64,000 bases of DNA, taken from Chloroflexota bacterium (GTDB lineage Bacteria > Chloroflexota > Dehalococcoidia > Bin125). The notes below the pieces were generated by a model, which was not told the origin of the DNA, searched no databases, and saw nothing but the letters and a program-made list of their open reading frames with translations. The stretch lies in assembly GCA_028875225.1 (NCBI GenBank), contig JAPPFB010000002.1:11182-75181 (forward strand), in the 5' to 3' direction. Shown in pieces: positions 18,229-26,681 of the stretch. Numbering within the stretch: the first letter of the stretch is position 1; each line of letters opens with the position of its first letter. Made by a program: the position numbers and the translations under genes.

Positions 18229-19191
18229 TCAGTACCACTTGTCTTTGTCAACCACGTTGACAAAGTCGCGCCCCTCGACCAGGCGGCGCGCGTTTTCCAG
18301 GATCAATTCGAAGCGCCGCTCGGGGATGTTTTCCGCGTCGGCGACGGCGATGTGCGGCGTCAGGATCACGTTCTCTGCCTGCCAGAGCGGATGGCCCTCT
18401 GGCAACGGTTCAATCTCATAGACGTCGAGTCCCGCTCCGGCGATCTCGCCGTGATCAAGCGCCGCGACGAGATCGTCGAGCTTGCAGGTCATCCCGCGTC
18501 CGATGTTGATGAAGTATGCGGAGTTCTTCATCAGCGAGAAGCGGTCCGCGTTCCACATGAGCTCCGTCTCCGGAGTGTGCGGGACGGTCGTGACCACAAA
18601 GTCAGCCTCAGGCAGGCGTGTATCGAGTTCGGACGGATCAATGATCTCGCCCTCAATCTCATATGCCGGGCGCGGATCGACTCCGATGACCCGGCAACCG
18701 AACGCTGCGCAGAGGCGCGCAGCCTCGGCGCCGATGCCGCCGACGCCATTGATCAGGACCGTCGATTCCGTCAGATCGACATAGCCGCGCTTGCGGGCCT
18801 GCTTGTCCCAGCGACCCTCAGCCTGCGCCGCGCTGTAGTACGGCAGCCCGCGCGAGAGCGCCAGCATGTACATGAGGATGTGGTGCGCGATGTGATCCGA
18901 ATAGATCCCGCGCGGATTGCTGACCACGACCGCATGGTCGGCGAGCTCGGGGTAGTACCAACCAACCGGCGGTCCGGCGAACGGATTTTGCAGCAGACTC
19001 AAGCGCTCAACAGTGGGCAGCACCTCCGGTGCGACCCAACCATAGGCGGCGTCGGCGTCGGTGAGTTCCTGCGCTGCGTCTGCTTCATCCTCGACGATGA
19101 CGACGTCGAGACCTGGAATCTCATTCCGCATCCGCTCCGCCCACTCGCGGATGTCATCGTCAATCGGCGGCAGCATCACGTACTTGGGCAT
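18229..19191 (-). CDS. D-2-hydroxyacid dehydrogenase
   Basis: GVGGIG, FINIGRG, AGAGLDVYEIEPLP, ILTPHIA. Confidence 0.92.
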   Translation of the reverse strand: MPKYVMLPPIDDDIREWAERMRNEIPGLDVVIVEDEADAAQELTDADAAYGWVAPEVLPTVERLSLLQNPFAGPPVGWYYPELADHAVVVSNPRGIYSDHIAHHILMYMLALSRGLPYYSAAQAEGRWDKQARKRGYVDLTESTVLINGVGGIGAEAARLCAAFGCRVIGVDPRPAYEIEGEIIDPSELDTRLPEADFVVTTVPHTPETELMWNADRFSLMKNSAYFINIGRGMTCKLDDLVAALDHGEIAGAGLDVYEIEPLPEGHPLWQAENVILTPHIAVADAENIPERRFELILENARRLVEGRDFVNVVDKDKWY

Positions 19192-19220
19192 GTCCGGTCC
19201 TCAACCCTCTCCCTGGTTGC

Positions 19221-21617
19221 CTATCCGACCACCCCGGCCGCGACCAGTTCGGCAATCTCCTCCTGGCTCTTGCCGAGCAACCCGCCCAGGACTTCTTCGT
19301 TGTGTTCGCCCAGCATCGGCGAGCGTTCAAGCACGCGTCGTTCCAGGTGCGCGAACTCCCACGGCGCGGCGTCGATCCAGATGCCGAAACCGGGATGCGA
19401 CGGCTGCTCGACTCGCTGGTAATGATCGCGGAAGTGTTCATCGACATCCATCATGTCGCGCAGGTCCTCAACCGCATTTGCCGCGATCCCGGCAGCCTGC
19501 ATCTGTTCTGCGGCGTCCCACTTGCTCAGTCGTGCGGACCAACTCTCGACTGCCGATTCGATGTCATCCTCAATGGCCTTCCGACCGGCCAGAGTTCGGA
19601 GGTCTGCTCGATTGGCCCAATCGCTCTGGCCGATTAACTGCGCGATTGCCGGCCATTGTTCGTCGGACTCCATGGCGATGGCGACCCACTGGTCGTCGCC
19701 TGTGGATGGAAACACGCCGTGCGGGCACATGTTGGGATCGCGGTTGCCGATCCGGGGCAGATCCTCACCAAGCTGATCGAATTCCATCCACTGAGCGCCG
19801 AGCAAGGCGACCGTCGCGCTGAGCTGGCTCAACTCGATTTCTCGTCCGTCACCCGACTCTTCACGGGCGCGCAGGGCGGAGAGAATCGCGGTCACGCCGA
19901 CGTGCGGAGAGGTGAAGTCGGGATACGCGACGCCCATTCCGCGCGGCGGTTGATCGGGGAATCCCATCTGGAAGTTCATGCCCGCAGCCGCCTTGAGCAG
20001 GTTGCCCAGGGTGCGTAAGGGACGCCAGGGACTGTCGCCGCCGACGCCGGGCAGGTGAACCAGGATCAAACCGGGATTGATCCGTCGCAGTTCCTCCCAG
20101 GGGAATCCCATCCGCGCCAGGGAGCCGGCCGAATAGTTGTTGACCAGCACGTCGCAGTGAGCCACCAGTTCGCGCAGCAGTTCCTTGCCCTGTTCGTTGG
20201 CAAGATCGATAGTCACCGATTTCTTGCCGGTGTTGGCCTCGTTGTACAGGTCGGGCAGGTCGACGTCGTATTCGCCCCTGACCGGCTGCACCCGCAGGGG
20301 ATCCATTCGTTCACCGCTGGACTCGACCTTGATCACCTCGGCGCCGAAGTTGGCCAACAACCGAGTCGTCAACGGGCCGGCCGCGACCCAGGTCAAATCG
20401 AGTACGCGGATGCCGGCCAGCGGCATGTCGGGATAGGGAGCGGACCCCCCTCTGCGTTCGGCGTCTCGCCTCGCAAGCGGGGGGAAAGGGGAGTTTGCAT
20501 GTTCCCCCAGCCTCGGCGCCGGACGCATCGGCAGCGGCGACTGGACTGGATCGAGCGGGCTGCGCGAGTAGCTCAGCGATTTGCCCACCGCCGGCGTCTC
20601 GACATCGCTGAACTGCCCCGCCGTCTGGTAGTGCTCGCATTCGGCGAACTCGCTGAAGCGCAGCGTCGGCATCGCCGGAGTCCCGCAGGCCCAGAGCCGA
20701 TCAAGCAACTTCTGCCGAGGCCAAACCGCGGCCAGCTCCTTGGCCAGATCCTGGAGTGGGTTCTCGAGGTACTGCCAGGCGGCGCGGTCGCCCCGGTGGA
20801 TGACTTCCCAGTTGTCCGGATCGAGATCGTGCGCGACGCCTGCCTCGTCCAGCATCTCGATGAACTCGGGCAGTCTGTTCGGCGAGATGTTGCAGGCCAT
20901 CCAACGGTCGTCCGCGCAGCGAATCGTCTGAGACAGCGCCGGACGATAGGGCGCTTCACCGCGCCAGCGCCAGATGTTCGGGTTCGAGGTCTGAACGACC
21001 TGAAACGATGTCGCCTCCTGCATGGAGATATCGATCCAGCAGCCGGGTTGACCCGGAGTGCGATCGCGTCCGTGTAATGCCGTCATCGCCGACGAGGCGA
21101 TGGTCAGCCCGGTCATCGTGTGACCGGGAAACGCCGCTCCGTGGACCGGCGGATCCTTGCGCTCGCCACTGATTTGCAACAAGCCGCCGGCCGCCGTCGC
21201 GGTCAGATCGGTGGCGCGCCAGCCCGACTTTGGCCCGCGTTGTCCGTACGGCGTCGCCGAGACGACGATCAGGCGCGGATTCGCGGCGCGAACCTCATCG
21301 ACCGGGAACCCGCCCGGCTGTTGCGTTTCAATCAGGACGTCCGCCGACGCCACCAGTTCGAGCAACCGCTTCAGCCCCTCGTCGGTGCGCCAGTCAAGCA
21401 CAACCGACCGCTTGTTGACGTTGAAGTAGAGATGTTGGTAGCTGCCGTCGGGCGACGGCCGGTCGTCAACGAACGGAGCGAGATGGCGGATGCGATTGCC
21501 GCCGGGAGGCTCGACCATCGTCACGTCCGCCCCGAGGTCGGCGAGCATCCGGCTACCCAGCGCGGCGCGATGATCGGAGAGGTCGAGAACTCGTATCCCA
21601 TTCAGAGGTAGCGTCAT
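19221..21617 (-). CDS. Fused two-domain class III (CaiB/BaiF) CoA transferase
   Basis: PLNGIRVLDLS...GADVTMVEPP...NVNKRS and PLAGIRVLDLTWVAAGP...GAEVIKVES...NTGKKS; APRLGEH and SPMLGEHN ends. Confidence 0.9.
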   Translation of the reverse strand: MTLPLNGIRVLDLSDHRAALGSRMLADLGADVTMVEPPGGNRIRHLAPFVDDRPSPDGSYQHLYFNVNKRSVVLDWRTDEGLKRLLELVASADVLIETQQPGGFPVDEVRAANPRLIVVSATPYGQRGPKSGWRATDLTATAAGGLLQISGERKDPPVHGAAFPGHTMTGLTIASSAMTALHGRDRTPGQPGCWIDISMQEATSFQVVQTSNPNIWRWRGEAPYRPALSQTIRCADDRWMACNISPNRLPEFIEMLDEAGVAHDLDPDNWEVIHRGDRAAWQYLENPLQDLAKELAAVWPRQKLLDRLWACGTPAMPTLRFSEFAECEHYQTAGQFSDVETPAVGKSLSYSRSPLDPVQSPLPMRPAPRLGEHANSPFPPLARRDAERRGGSAPYPDMPLAGIRVLDLTWVAAGPLTTRLLANFGAEVIKVESSGERMDPLRVQPVRGEYDVDLPDLYNEANTGKKSVTIDLANEQGKELLRELVAHCDVLVNNYSAGSLARMGFPWEELRRINPGLILVHLPGVGGDSPWRPLRTLGNLLKAAAGMNFQMGFPDQPPRGMGVAYPDFTSPHVGVTAILSALRAREESGDGREIELSQLSATVALLGAQWMEFDQLGEDLPRIGNRDPNMCPHGVFPSTGDDQWVAIAMESDEQWPAIAQLIGQSDWANRADLRTLAGRKAIEDDIESAVESWSARLSKWDAAEQMQAAGIAANAVEDLRDMMDVDEHFRDHYQRVEQPSHPGFGIWIDAAPWEFAHLERRVLERSPMLGEHNEEVLGGLLGKSQEEIAELVAAGVVG
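20445..20492 (-). repeat. Degenerate family B REP copy in frame inside the CoA-transferase linker
   Basis: Minus strand TTTCCCCCCGCTTGCGAGGCGAGACGCCGAACGCAGAGGGGGG versus intergenic TTTCTCCCCCCGCTGTGCGGGGGGAGATGCCGAAGGCAGAGGGGGG. Confidence 0.78.
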
Positions 21618-21712
21618 GAACCTCACCGGTCTCGCGGATGCGCGCCTCCGAGGGTCAAGCGGGCTTTGCCATACTAGCGATTGCTCAGGTCGGATCGCGG
21701 AAGGAATTTGCC

Positions 21713-22948
21713 ATGGAAGCGCTCGAGGGAATCCGGGTCGTGGAGCTGTCGATCGCGGTGCAAGGACCCGCGGCGGGCGGCTACCTGTCCGATATGGGTG
21801 CCGACGTGATCAAGGTCGAGCCACCGATGGGCGATGCCAACCGCTGGTATCGAGGAAACAACAACGATCTGCCCTGGGAGTCGGTCGGCACCCAGTTCAT
21901 CGGAGCGTCGCACGGCAAGCGATCGGTCTGCGTCGACATCCACACCGAGATCGGCCTGGAACTGGTCGACCAGCTGGTCGACAGCGCCGACGTCTTCCTG
22001 AGCAACTATCGCGAGCCGGCGCTGGAGCGGATCGGGATGGGCTACGAACGGCTCTCGGCGCGCAATCCGGGTTTGGTCTACGCCACGGCCAACGGCTTCG
22101 GCCCCGACGGTCCCGCGCGCGAGAACCGGATGAGCGACCAGTACTCGCAGGCCCGCAGCGGAATCTCAGGCGTGACCGGCACGCCCGGGGACCCACAGCT
22201 GATCCCGGGCGCGATCATCGCGGATACCGGCGGCGCGATGGCGCTGGCGATGGGCATCCTGACGGCCCTGGTCGCGCGTCAACGCGACGGGCTGGGCCAG
22301 AAGGTCCAGACCTCCTCCTATGGCGCGATGATCTGGATGCAGGCCTGGGAGATCAATCACACCTCGGCAACCGGACACCTGCCGACGCGTGACGGCGCAT
22401 TTCACCCCATCGTTTCCGCACTGAGCGGCATCTACGAAGCCTCTGACGGCGTCGCCTTTTGCCTGGGCATCCGCGAGGACGAGACCTGGCGGGAGATCTG
22501 CGAGTACGGCGGCAATCCCGACCTGGCCGACGATCCGCGCTGGAATCAGCGCGAGGGTCGCGATCCGTTCCGCGATCAGGAGGCGATGGACCGGGTCGCA
22601 GACGTGCGCCCGTTCGTGGCCGAGATGATGAAGACCCGCACCAGCGACGAGTGGCAAGACTTCTTCGACATCCACCCCGACGGCGCCATGGCCCAGCGCG
22701 TCCTCAACTATGAGGAAGTGCTGGACGATGAGCAGGCGCTCGTCAACGGCTACATCGTCGACAAGGACATTCCCCACGTCGGCCGCCGCCGAGTCGCCGG
22801 CATCCCCACCCGCCTCAGTCGAACACCCGGCACGGCCAAGAACATGTTCTCCGAACTCGGCGAGCACACGGCGGAACTCATGCAAGAACTCGGCTACGAC
22901 GAAACAGCAATCGCCGAGGTGGAATCACACAAGGCCCCGCCGTTCTAG
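21713..22948 (+). CDS. Class III (CaiB/BaiF) CoA transferase, single domain
   Basis: AAGGA RBS then MEALEGIRVVELS...QGP...GADVIKVEPP...GKRS; catalytic-type IIADTGG; LGEHT. Confidence 0.9.
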   Translation: MEALEGIRVVELSIAVQGPAAGGYLSDMGADVIKVEPPMGDANRWYRGNNNDLPWESVGTQFIGASHGKRSVCVDIHTEIGLELVDQLVDSADVFLSNYREPALERIGMGYERLSARNPGLVYATANGFGPDGPARENRMSDQYSQARSGISGVTGTPGDPQLIPGAIIADTGGAMALAMGILTALVARQRDGLGQKVQTSSYGAMIWMQAWEINHTSATGHLPTRDGAFHPIVSALSGIYEASDGVAFCLGIREDETWREICEYGGNPDLADDPRWNQREGRDPFRDQEAMDRVADVRPFVAEMMKTRTSDEWQDFFDIHPDGAMAQRVLNYEEVLDDEQALVNGYIVDKDIPHVGRRRVAGIPTRLSRTPGTAKNMFSELGEHTAELMQELGYDETAIAEVESHKAPPF

Positions 22949-22981
22949 GCGCCACGCACCCTCCGACCATCGCACATCCTC

Positions 22982-23153
22982 CGATGCCCCGCGCTTGACG
23001 CGGGGCCCAGACCTCGGACATCGCTAGCTGAATGGCGATTCTCCAGGCACAGACTTGATCGCGGGATCCGCAACCGGCCGCTGAGCTGAGAAGGACTGTG
23101 TTGCCGCCGCCAGGTTGCCTGCCCTTGGCCCCGCGTTGGGGCGCGGGGCATCG
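22982..23153. repeat. REPIN-like family A element
   Basis: CGATGCCCCGCGCTTGACGCGGGGCCCAGACCTCGG ... TGAGCTGAG ... CTTGGCCCCGCGTTGGGGCGCGGGGCATCG; same arms and similar length (172 vs 175 bp) as 12279-12453; between convergent genes. Confidence 0.85.
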
Positions 23154-23167
23154 GTGAGTGCGAGGCG

Positions 23168-24730
23168 TTACGGCAGATATGGAATCCGCGCCGTCGGTCC
23201 CAGGCTCTGTTCGATGTAGGACTGCGCGTCGCGGACGAACTCGACCATCAGTGGACGGGTGTCGCGCGGATCGATCATGTCCTCGATCCCGAAGGCGTGC
23301 GCTGTTCTCAATGGTGAACGAATCTCGTTCAACCGGGCTTCAATCTCGAGCCGCTTCGCCTCGGGATCGTCGGCCTCGCGGATCTCGCGGCGATAGGCAG
23401 CCGTCACGCCGCCCTCGATGTGCATCGAGCCCCAGTGCGCCGACGGCCAAGCGTAGCGCCGGTACAGGGCGTTGCCTCGACGGTACTGCAGTCCGCCCGC
23501 GACGCCGTACGCCTGGCGCGTGATGAAGACGAGATACGGCATCTGCGACAGCCGGCTGGTCAGCATCAGGCGAGCGCCGGTGCGAATGATGCCCGATTGC
23601 TCGTCGGCCGGGCCGACAGAGAAGCCTGGCTCATCGCAGAAGTAGATTAATGGCAGATGGAACGTCTCGCAGAGCGAGATCATGCGCATGATCTTCTCCG
23701 AGGTCGCCTTGTTCGGCGAGCCGCCGTTCTCGCGCGGATTGTTGATCATCACCCCGACCGGATACCCGTCGACGCGGGCCAGTCCGGTGATCCGCGACTT
23801 GCCCCAGTGCGGTTGGATCTCAAAGAACGAGTCCTCGTCCAGCACCCAATCGAGGATCTTGCGCGCGTTGTAGATCCGCCGGATGTTGCGCGGGATGATT
23901 GAGACGAGCTTCTCCTCGCGGCGCTCAGGATCATCGGTCGGCTCGATCCGTGGCGGCATCTCCCAGACGTTCTGCGGCAGGTAACTGAGAAATCGGCGCG
24001 CCTGCTGCATCGCGTCTTCCTCGGTCTCAGCCAGGTTCTGCACGACCCCGTTGCCGTAGACGTGGACATCCTCGCCGCCCAGTTCCTCCTTGGAAATGTC
24101 GAGCCCTCGGCTGGCCTTGACGACGGGCGGTCCGCCCACGAAGAGCTGACTCGTCCCCTTGACCATCACGTTGAAGTGGCCGTCGGCCGCGATCACCGCC
24201 GGCGCGCCCGCGACTGAGCCGAGCACCACGTTGACGACCGGCATGTACCAGAGAAGGTCGTCGACGCCGGTGCCGCCGCCGACTTCAGGTCCAACGACGT
24301 ACGTGCGCCCAAGCTGTTCGAAGTGCTTGACGCTCCCGCCGGTGGCGTCGAGTAGACGGACATAGGGGATCCGGTTCATGTAGGCGTGCCGTTGCGCCCA
24401 ACCGCCCTTGGTACCGATCATGCCGTCGGCCGATCCGCCGCGGATGGTGAAGTCGTCGCCCTGCACAGCCACTTTGCGTCCGTTGATCCTGGCCACGCCG
24501 ACGACCGAGTTGGCCGGCGTCAGGCCGGTCAGTTCATCGCCGTCCCACTGCGGATTGCCGGCCAGCACGCCGGTCTCCTGGAACTCACCCGGATCCGTCA
24601 GCAGATCAATGCGCTCCCTGACCGTCAGCTTGCCCCGGCCGTGGTGAAACGCGACGCTGTCCGCTCCGCCCATCTGCCGAGCGAATCGCGCGCGCCGCTC
24701 CATCTCATCCAGTTCGGATTGCCAGCTCAT
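23168..24730 (-). CDS. Acyl-CoA carboxylase carboxyltransferase (beta-type) subunit
   Basis: GKLTVRERIDLL, DFTIRGGS, LFVGGPPVV, ELGG, GLARVDG, DEPGF, IDPRDTR. Confidence 0.9.
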   Translation of the reverse strand: MSWQSELDEMERRARFARQMGGADSVAFHHGRGKLTVRERIDLLTDPGEFQETGVLAGNPQWDGDELTGLTPANSVVGVARINGRKVAVQGDDFTIRGGSADGMIGTKGGWAQRHAYMNRIPYVRLLDATGGSVKHFEQLGRTYVVGPEVGGGTGVDDLLWYMPVVNVVLGSVAGAPAVIAADGHFNVMVKGTSQLFVGGPPVVKASRGLDISKEELGGEDVHVYGNGVVQNLAETEEDAMQQARRFLSYLPQNVWEMPPRIEPTDDPERREEKLVSIIPRNIRRIYNARKILDWVLDEDSFFEIQPHWGKSRITGLARVDGYPVGVMINNPRENGGSPNKATSEKIMRMISLCETFHLPLIYFCDEPGFSVGPADEQSGIIRTGARLMLTSRLSQMPYLVFITRQAYGVAGGLQYRRGNALYRRYAWPSAHWGSMHIEGGVTAAYRREIREADDPEAKRLEIEARLNEIRSPLRTAHAFGIEDMIDPRDTRPLMVEFVRDAQSYIEQSLGPTARIPYLP

Positions 24731-24757
24731 CAACGGTTCCTTCTCTGCAACGCGGTG

Positions 24758-25663
24758 CTAGCGCTGGATGTTGCGCAACTGCGGGTCCAGGAAATCCCGC
24801 AGCCAGTCGCCGAAGAGGTTGACGACCAGCGAAACCACAATAATCGCGATGCCCGGCACGGTGACCAGCCACCAGGCGGTCACGATCACGCCGCGTCCCT
24901 GCGAGATCATGATGCCCCAGGAGATCGAGTCCTGCGGGATCCCCACGCCCAGGAAACTCAGTCCCGCCTCTGCGATGACCACCGTCGCGACGTTGAGCGT
25001 CGCCAGGATCACGATCGAGTTGACCAGGCTGGGCAGCACGTGGCGGACCATGATTCGCAGGTCATTGGCGCCGATTGTCCGAGCCGCTAACACGAATTCC
25101 CGCTCCTTGAGGCCCAGCGTCTCTCCGCGCACCAATCGAGCAAATGTCGCCCACAGAGCGAACACCAGGACAATCACCACGTTGGTCAGGCTTGGCTCCC
25201 AGATCGCGCGCAAGAACACCGCGATCAGGATGGCCGGCATCGCCAACTGGAGATCGACGAGCGCCATGATCACGCGGCTCGTCCAACCTCCAAACCAGCC
25301 CGCCAGGATGCCGAGGATCGATCCAATCACCGTCGCCAGCGGGATCACCATCGCGATCGCCAGCAGTGAGATCCGCGCCCCGTAGATCAGGCGGCTGAGC
25401 GTGTCGCGGCCCAGGTCGTCGGTGCCGAGTGGATGATCGAGGCTGCCCTCAGCCTCGAAGAAGGGCGGCTGCAACCGGCCGACCAGGTTGAGCTTGAACG
25501 GATCCTCGGGCGCAATCTGCGAACCGAAGATGCCGAGCACGATGAACAGCAGCAGAATCGACAGCGTCGCCACCAGCGTCTTCGGCGAGCGGACACGCCA
25601 GTTCCGCCGCCGCCCGGCGAACGGATCCTCGACTGTCTGAGCGGGCGCCTGCGACTCCGACAC
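24758..25663 (-). CDS. Peptide ABC transporter permease (OppC/DppC type)
   Basis: HPLGTDDLGRD, YGARISL, EFVLAARTIGA, EAGLSFLG, GDWLRDFLDP. Confidence 0.93.
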   Translation of the reverse strand: MSESQAPAQTVEDPFAGRRRNWRVRSPKTLVATLSILLLFIVLGIFGSQIAPEDPFKLNLVGRLQPPFFEAEGSLDHPLGTDDLGRDTLSRLIYGARISLLAIAMVIPLATVIGSILGILAGWFGGWTSRVIMALVDLQLAMPAILIAVFLRAIWEPSLTNVVIVLVFALWATFARLVRGETLGLKEREFVLAARTIGANDLRIMVRHVLPSLVNSIVILATLNVATVVIAEAGLSFLGVGIPQDSISWGIMISQGRGVIVTAWWLVTVPGIAIIVVSLVVNLFGDWLRDFLDPQLRNIQR

Positions 25664-25666
25664 GGG

Positions 25667-26602
25667 TCAGATCGCTCCCGTCCGAATCCGCGGATCGATG
25701 AACGTGTACGACACATCGACGACCAGGTTGATGAACACGATCCAGACCGAGGTCAGCAGCACCGAGGCCTGCACGACCGGATAGTCGGTGGCGACGATTG
25801 ACTGGATGATCAGCTGGCCCAGTCCCGGCCAGGCGAAGACGGTTTCGACGATGATCGCGCCGGAGAGAATGTTGCCGACCTGCAGCCCGAGCAACGTGAT
25901 CACTGCGAGCATTGAGTTGCGCAGGGCGTGCTTGAACAGGACGGCGCGCTCGCTCAGACCCTTGGCCCGCGCGGTGCGGATGTAGTCCTGCTGCAGCGTG
26001 TCGAGCATCGCCGAGCGGGTAAACCGCATCACCGCCGCGGCCGGGAACGACCCCAGGGTGATTGCCGGCAAAATGATGCTCTGCGGCGACGTGCGGCCTC
26101 CGGTCGGGATGAAGTCGATGTACAGCGCGACAAAGAGGATCAGCATCAGGCCCAGCCAGAAGTTGGGCACCGCCTGACCGAACAGCGCGCCGATCCTGCT
26201 GAAGATGTCGGTCGCCCCACCGCGGCGCACCGCGGCCACGATCCCCAATGGAATGCCAATCGCAAACGCGACGAACAGTCCCGCCGCTCCCAGCTGGATG
26301 GTCGCCACCAGCCGCTCGCCGACCACGTCTGTCGCCGGCCGCGTCGCGCGGAACGACTGCCCGAACTCGAGCCGCACGATGTCCCAGAGGAATCGCCCGT
26401 ACTGCTCGATCATCGGGTCGTTGAGCCCGTAGCGCTCCTTGGCCTCTTCAATCTCCTGTTGCGTGGCGTCGATCGGCGCGAGCCGCGAGACCGGGTCGCC
26501 GGCGCCGCGGCTCATGAAGAAGACGATTGTGACCACGCCGAAGACGACCGCGATCGAGCGCAGGAACCGTCCGACAGCGGTTGCCCCGAGTTCGCTACGC
26601 AT
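25667..26602 (-). CDS. Peptide ABC transporter permease (OppB/DppB type)
   Basis: GDP, FGQSF, PNFWLG, DYIRTARAKGL, VETVFAWPGLG, IDPRIR. Confidence 0.92.
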   Translation of the reverse strand: MRSELGATAVGRFLRSIAVVFGVVTIVFFMSRGAGDPVSRLAPIDATQQEIEEAKERYGLNDPMIEQYGRFLWDIVRLEFGQSFRATRPATDVVGERLVATIQLGAAGLFVAFAIGIPLGIVAAVRRGGATDIFSRIGALFGQAVPNFWLGLMLILFVALYIDFIPTGGRTSPQSIILPAITLGSFPAAAVMRFTRSAMLDTLQQDYIRTARAKGLSERAVLFKHALRNSMLAVITLLGLQVGNILSGAIIVETVFAWPGLGQLIIQSIVATDYPVVQASVLLTSVWIVFINLVVDVSYTFIDPRIRTGAI

Positions 26603-26622
26603 CGTCGATCAGACTCCTTTAG

Positions 26623-26653
26623 ACAGGCTCCCCCCGCAAAGGGGGGAGCCTGT
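26623..26653. terminator. GC-rich stem-loop after the SBP gene (attenuator or mRNA-stabilising hairpin)
   Basis: ACAGGCTCCCCCC-GCAAA-GGGGGGAGCCTGT, a perfect 13-bp stem between SBP and permease genes. Confidence 0.6.
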
Positions 26654-26681
26654 GATCAGGCGACGGGGCGTTGAACTCCTC

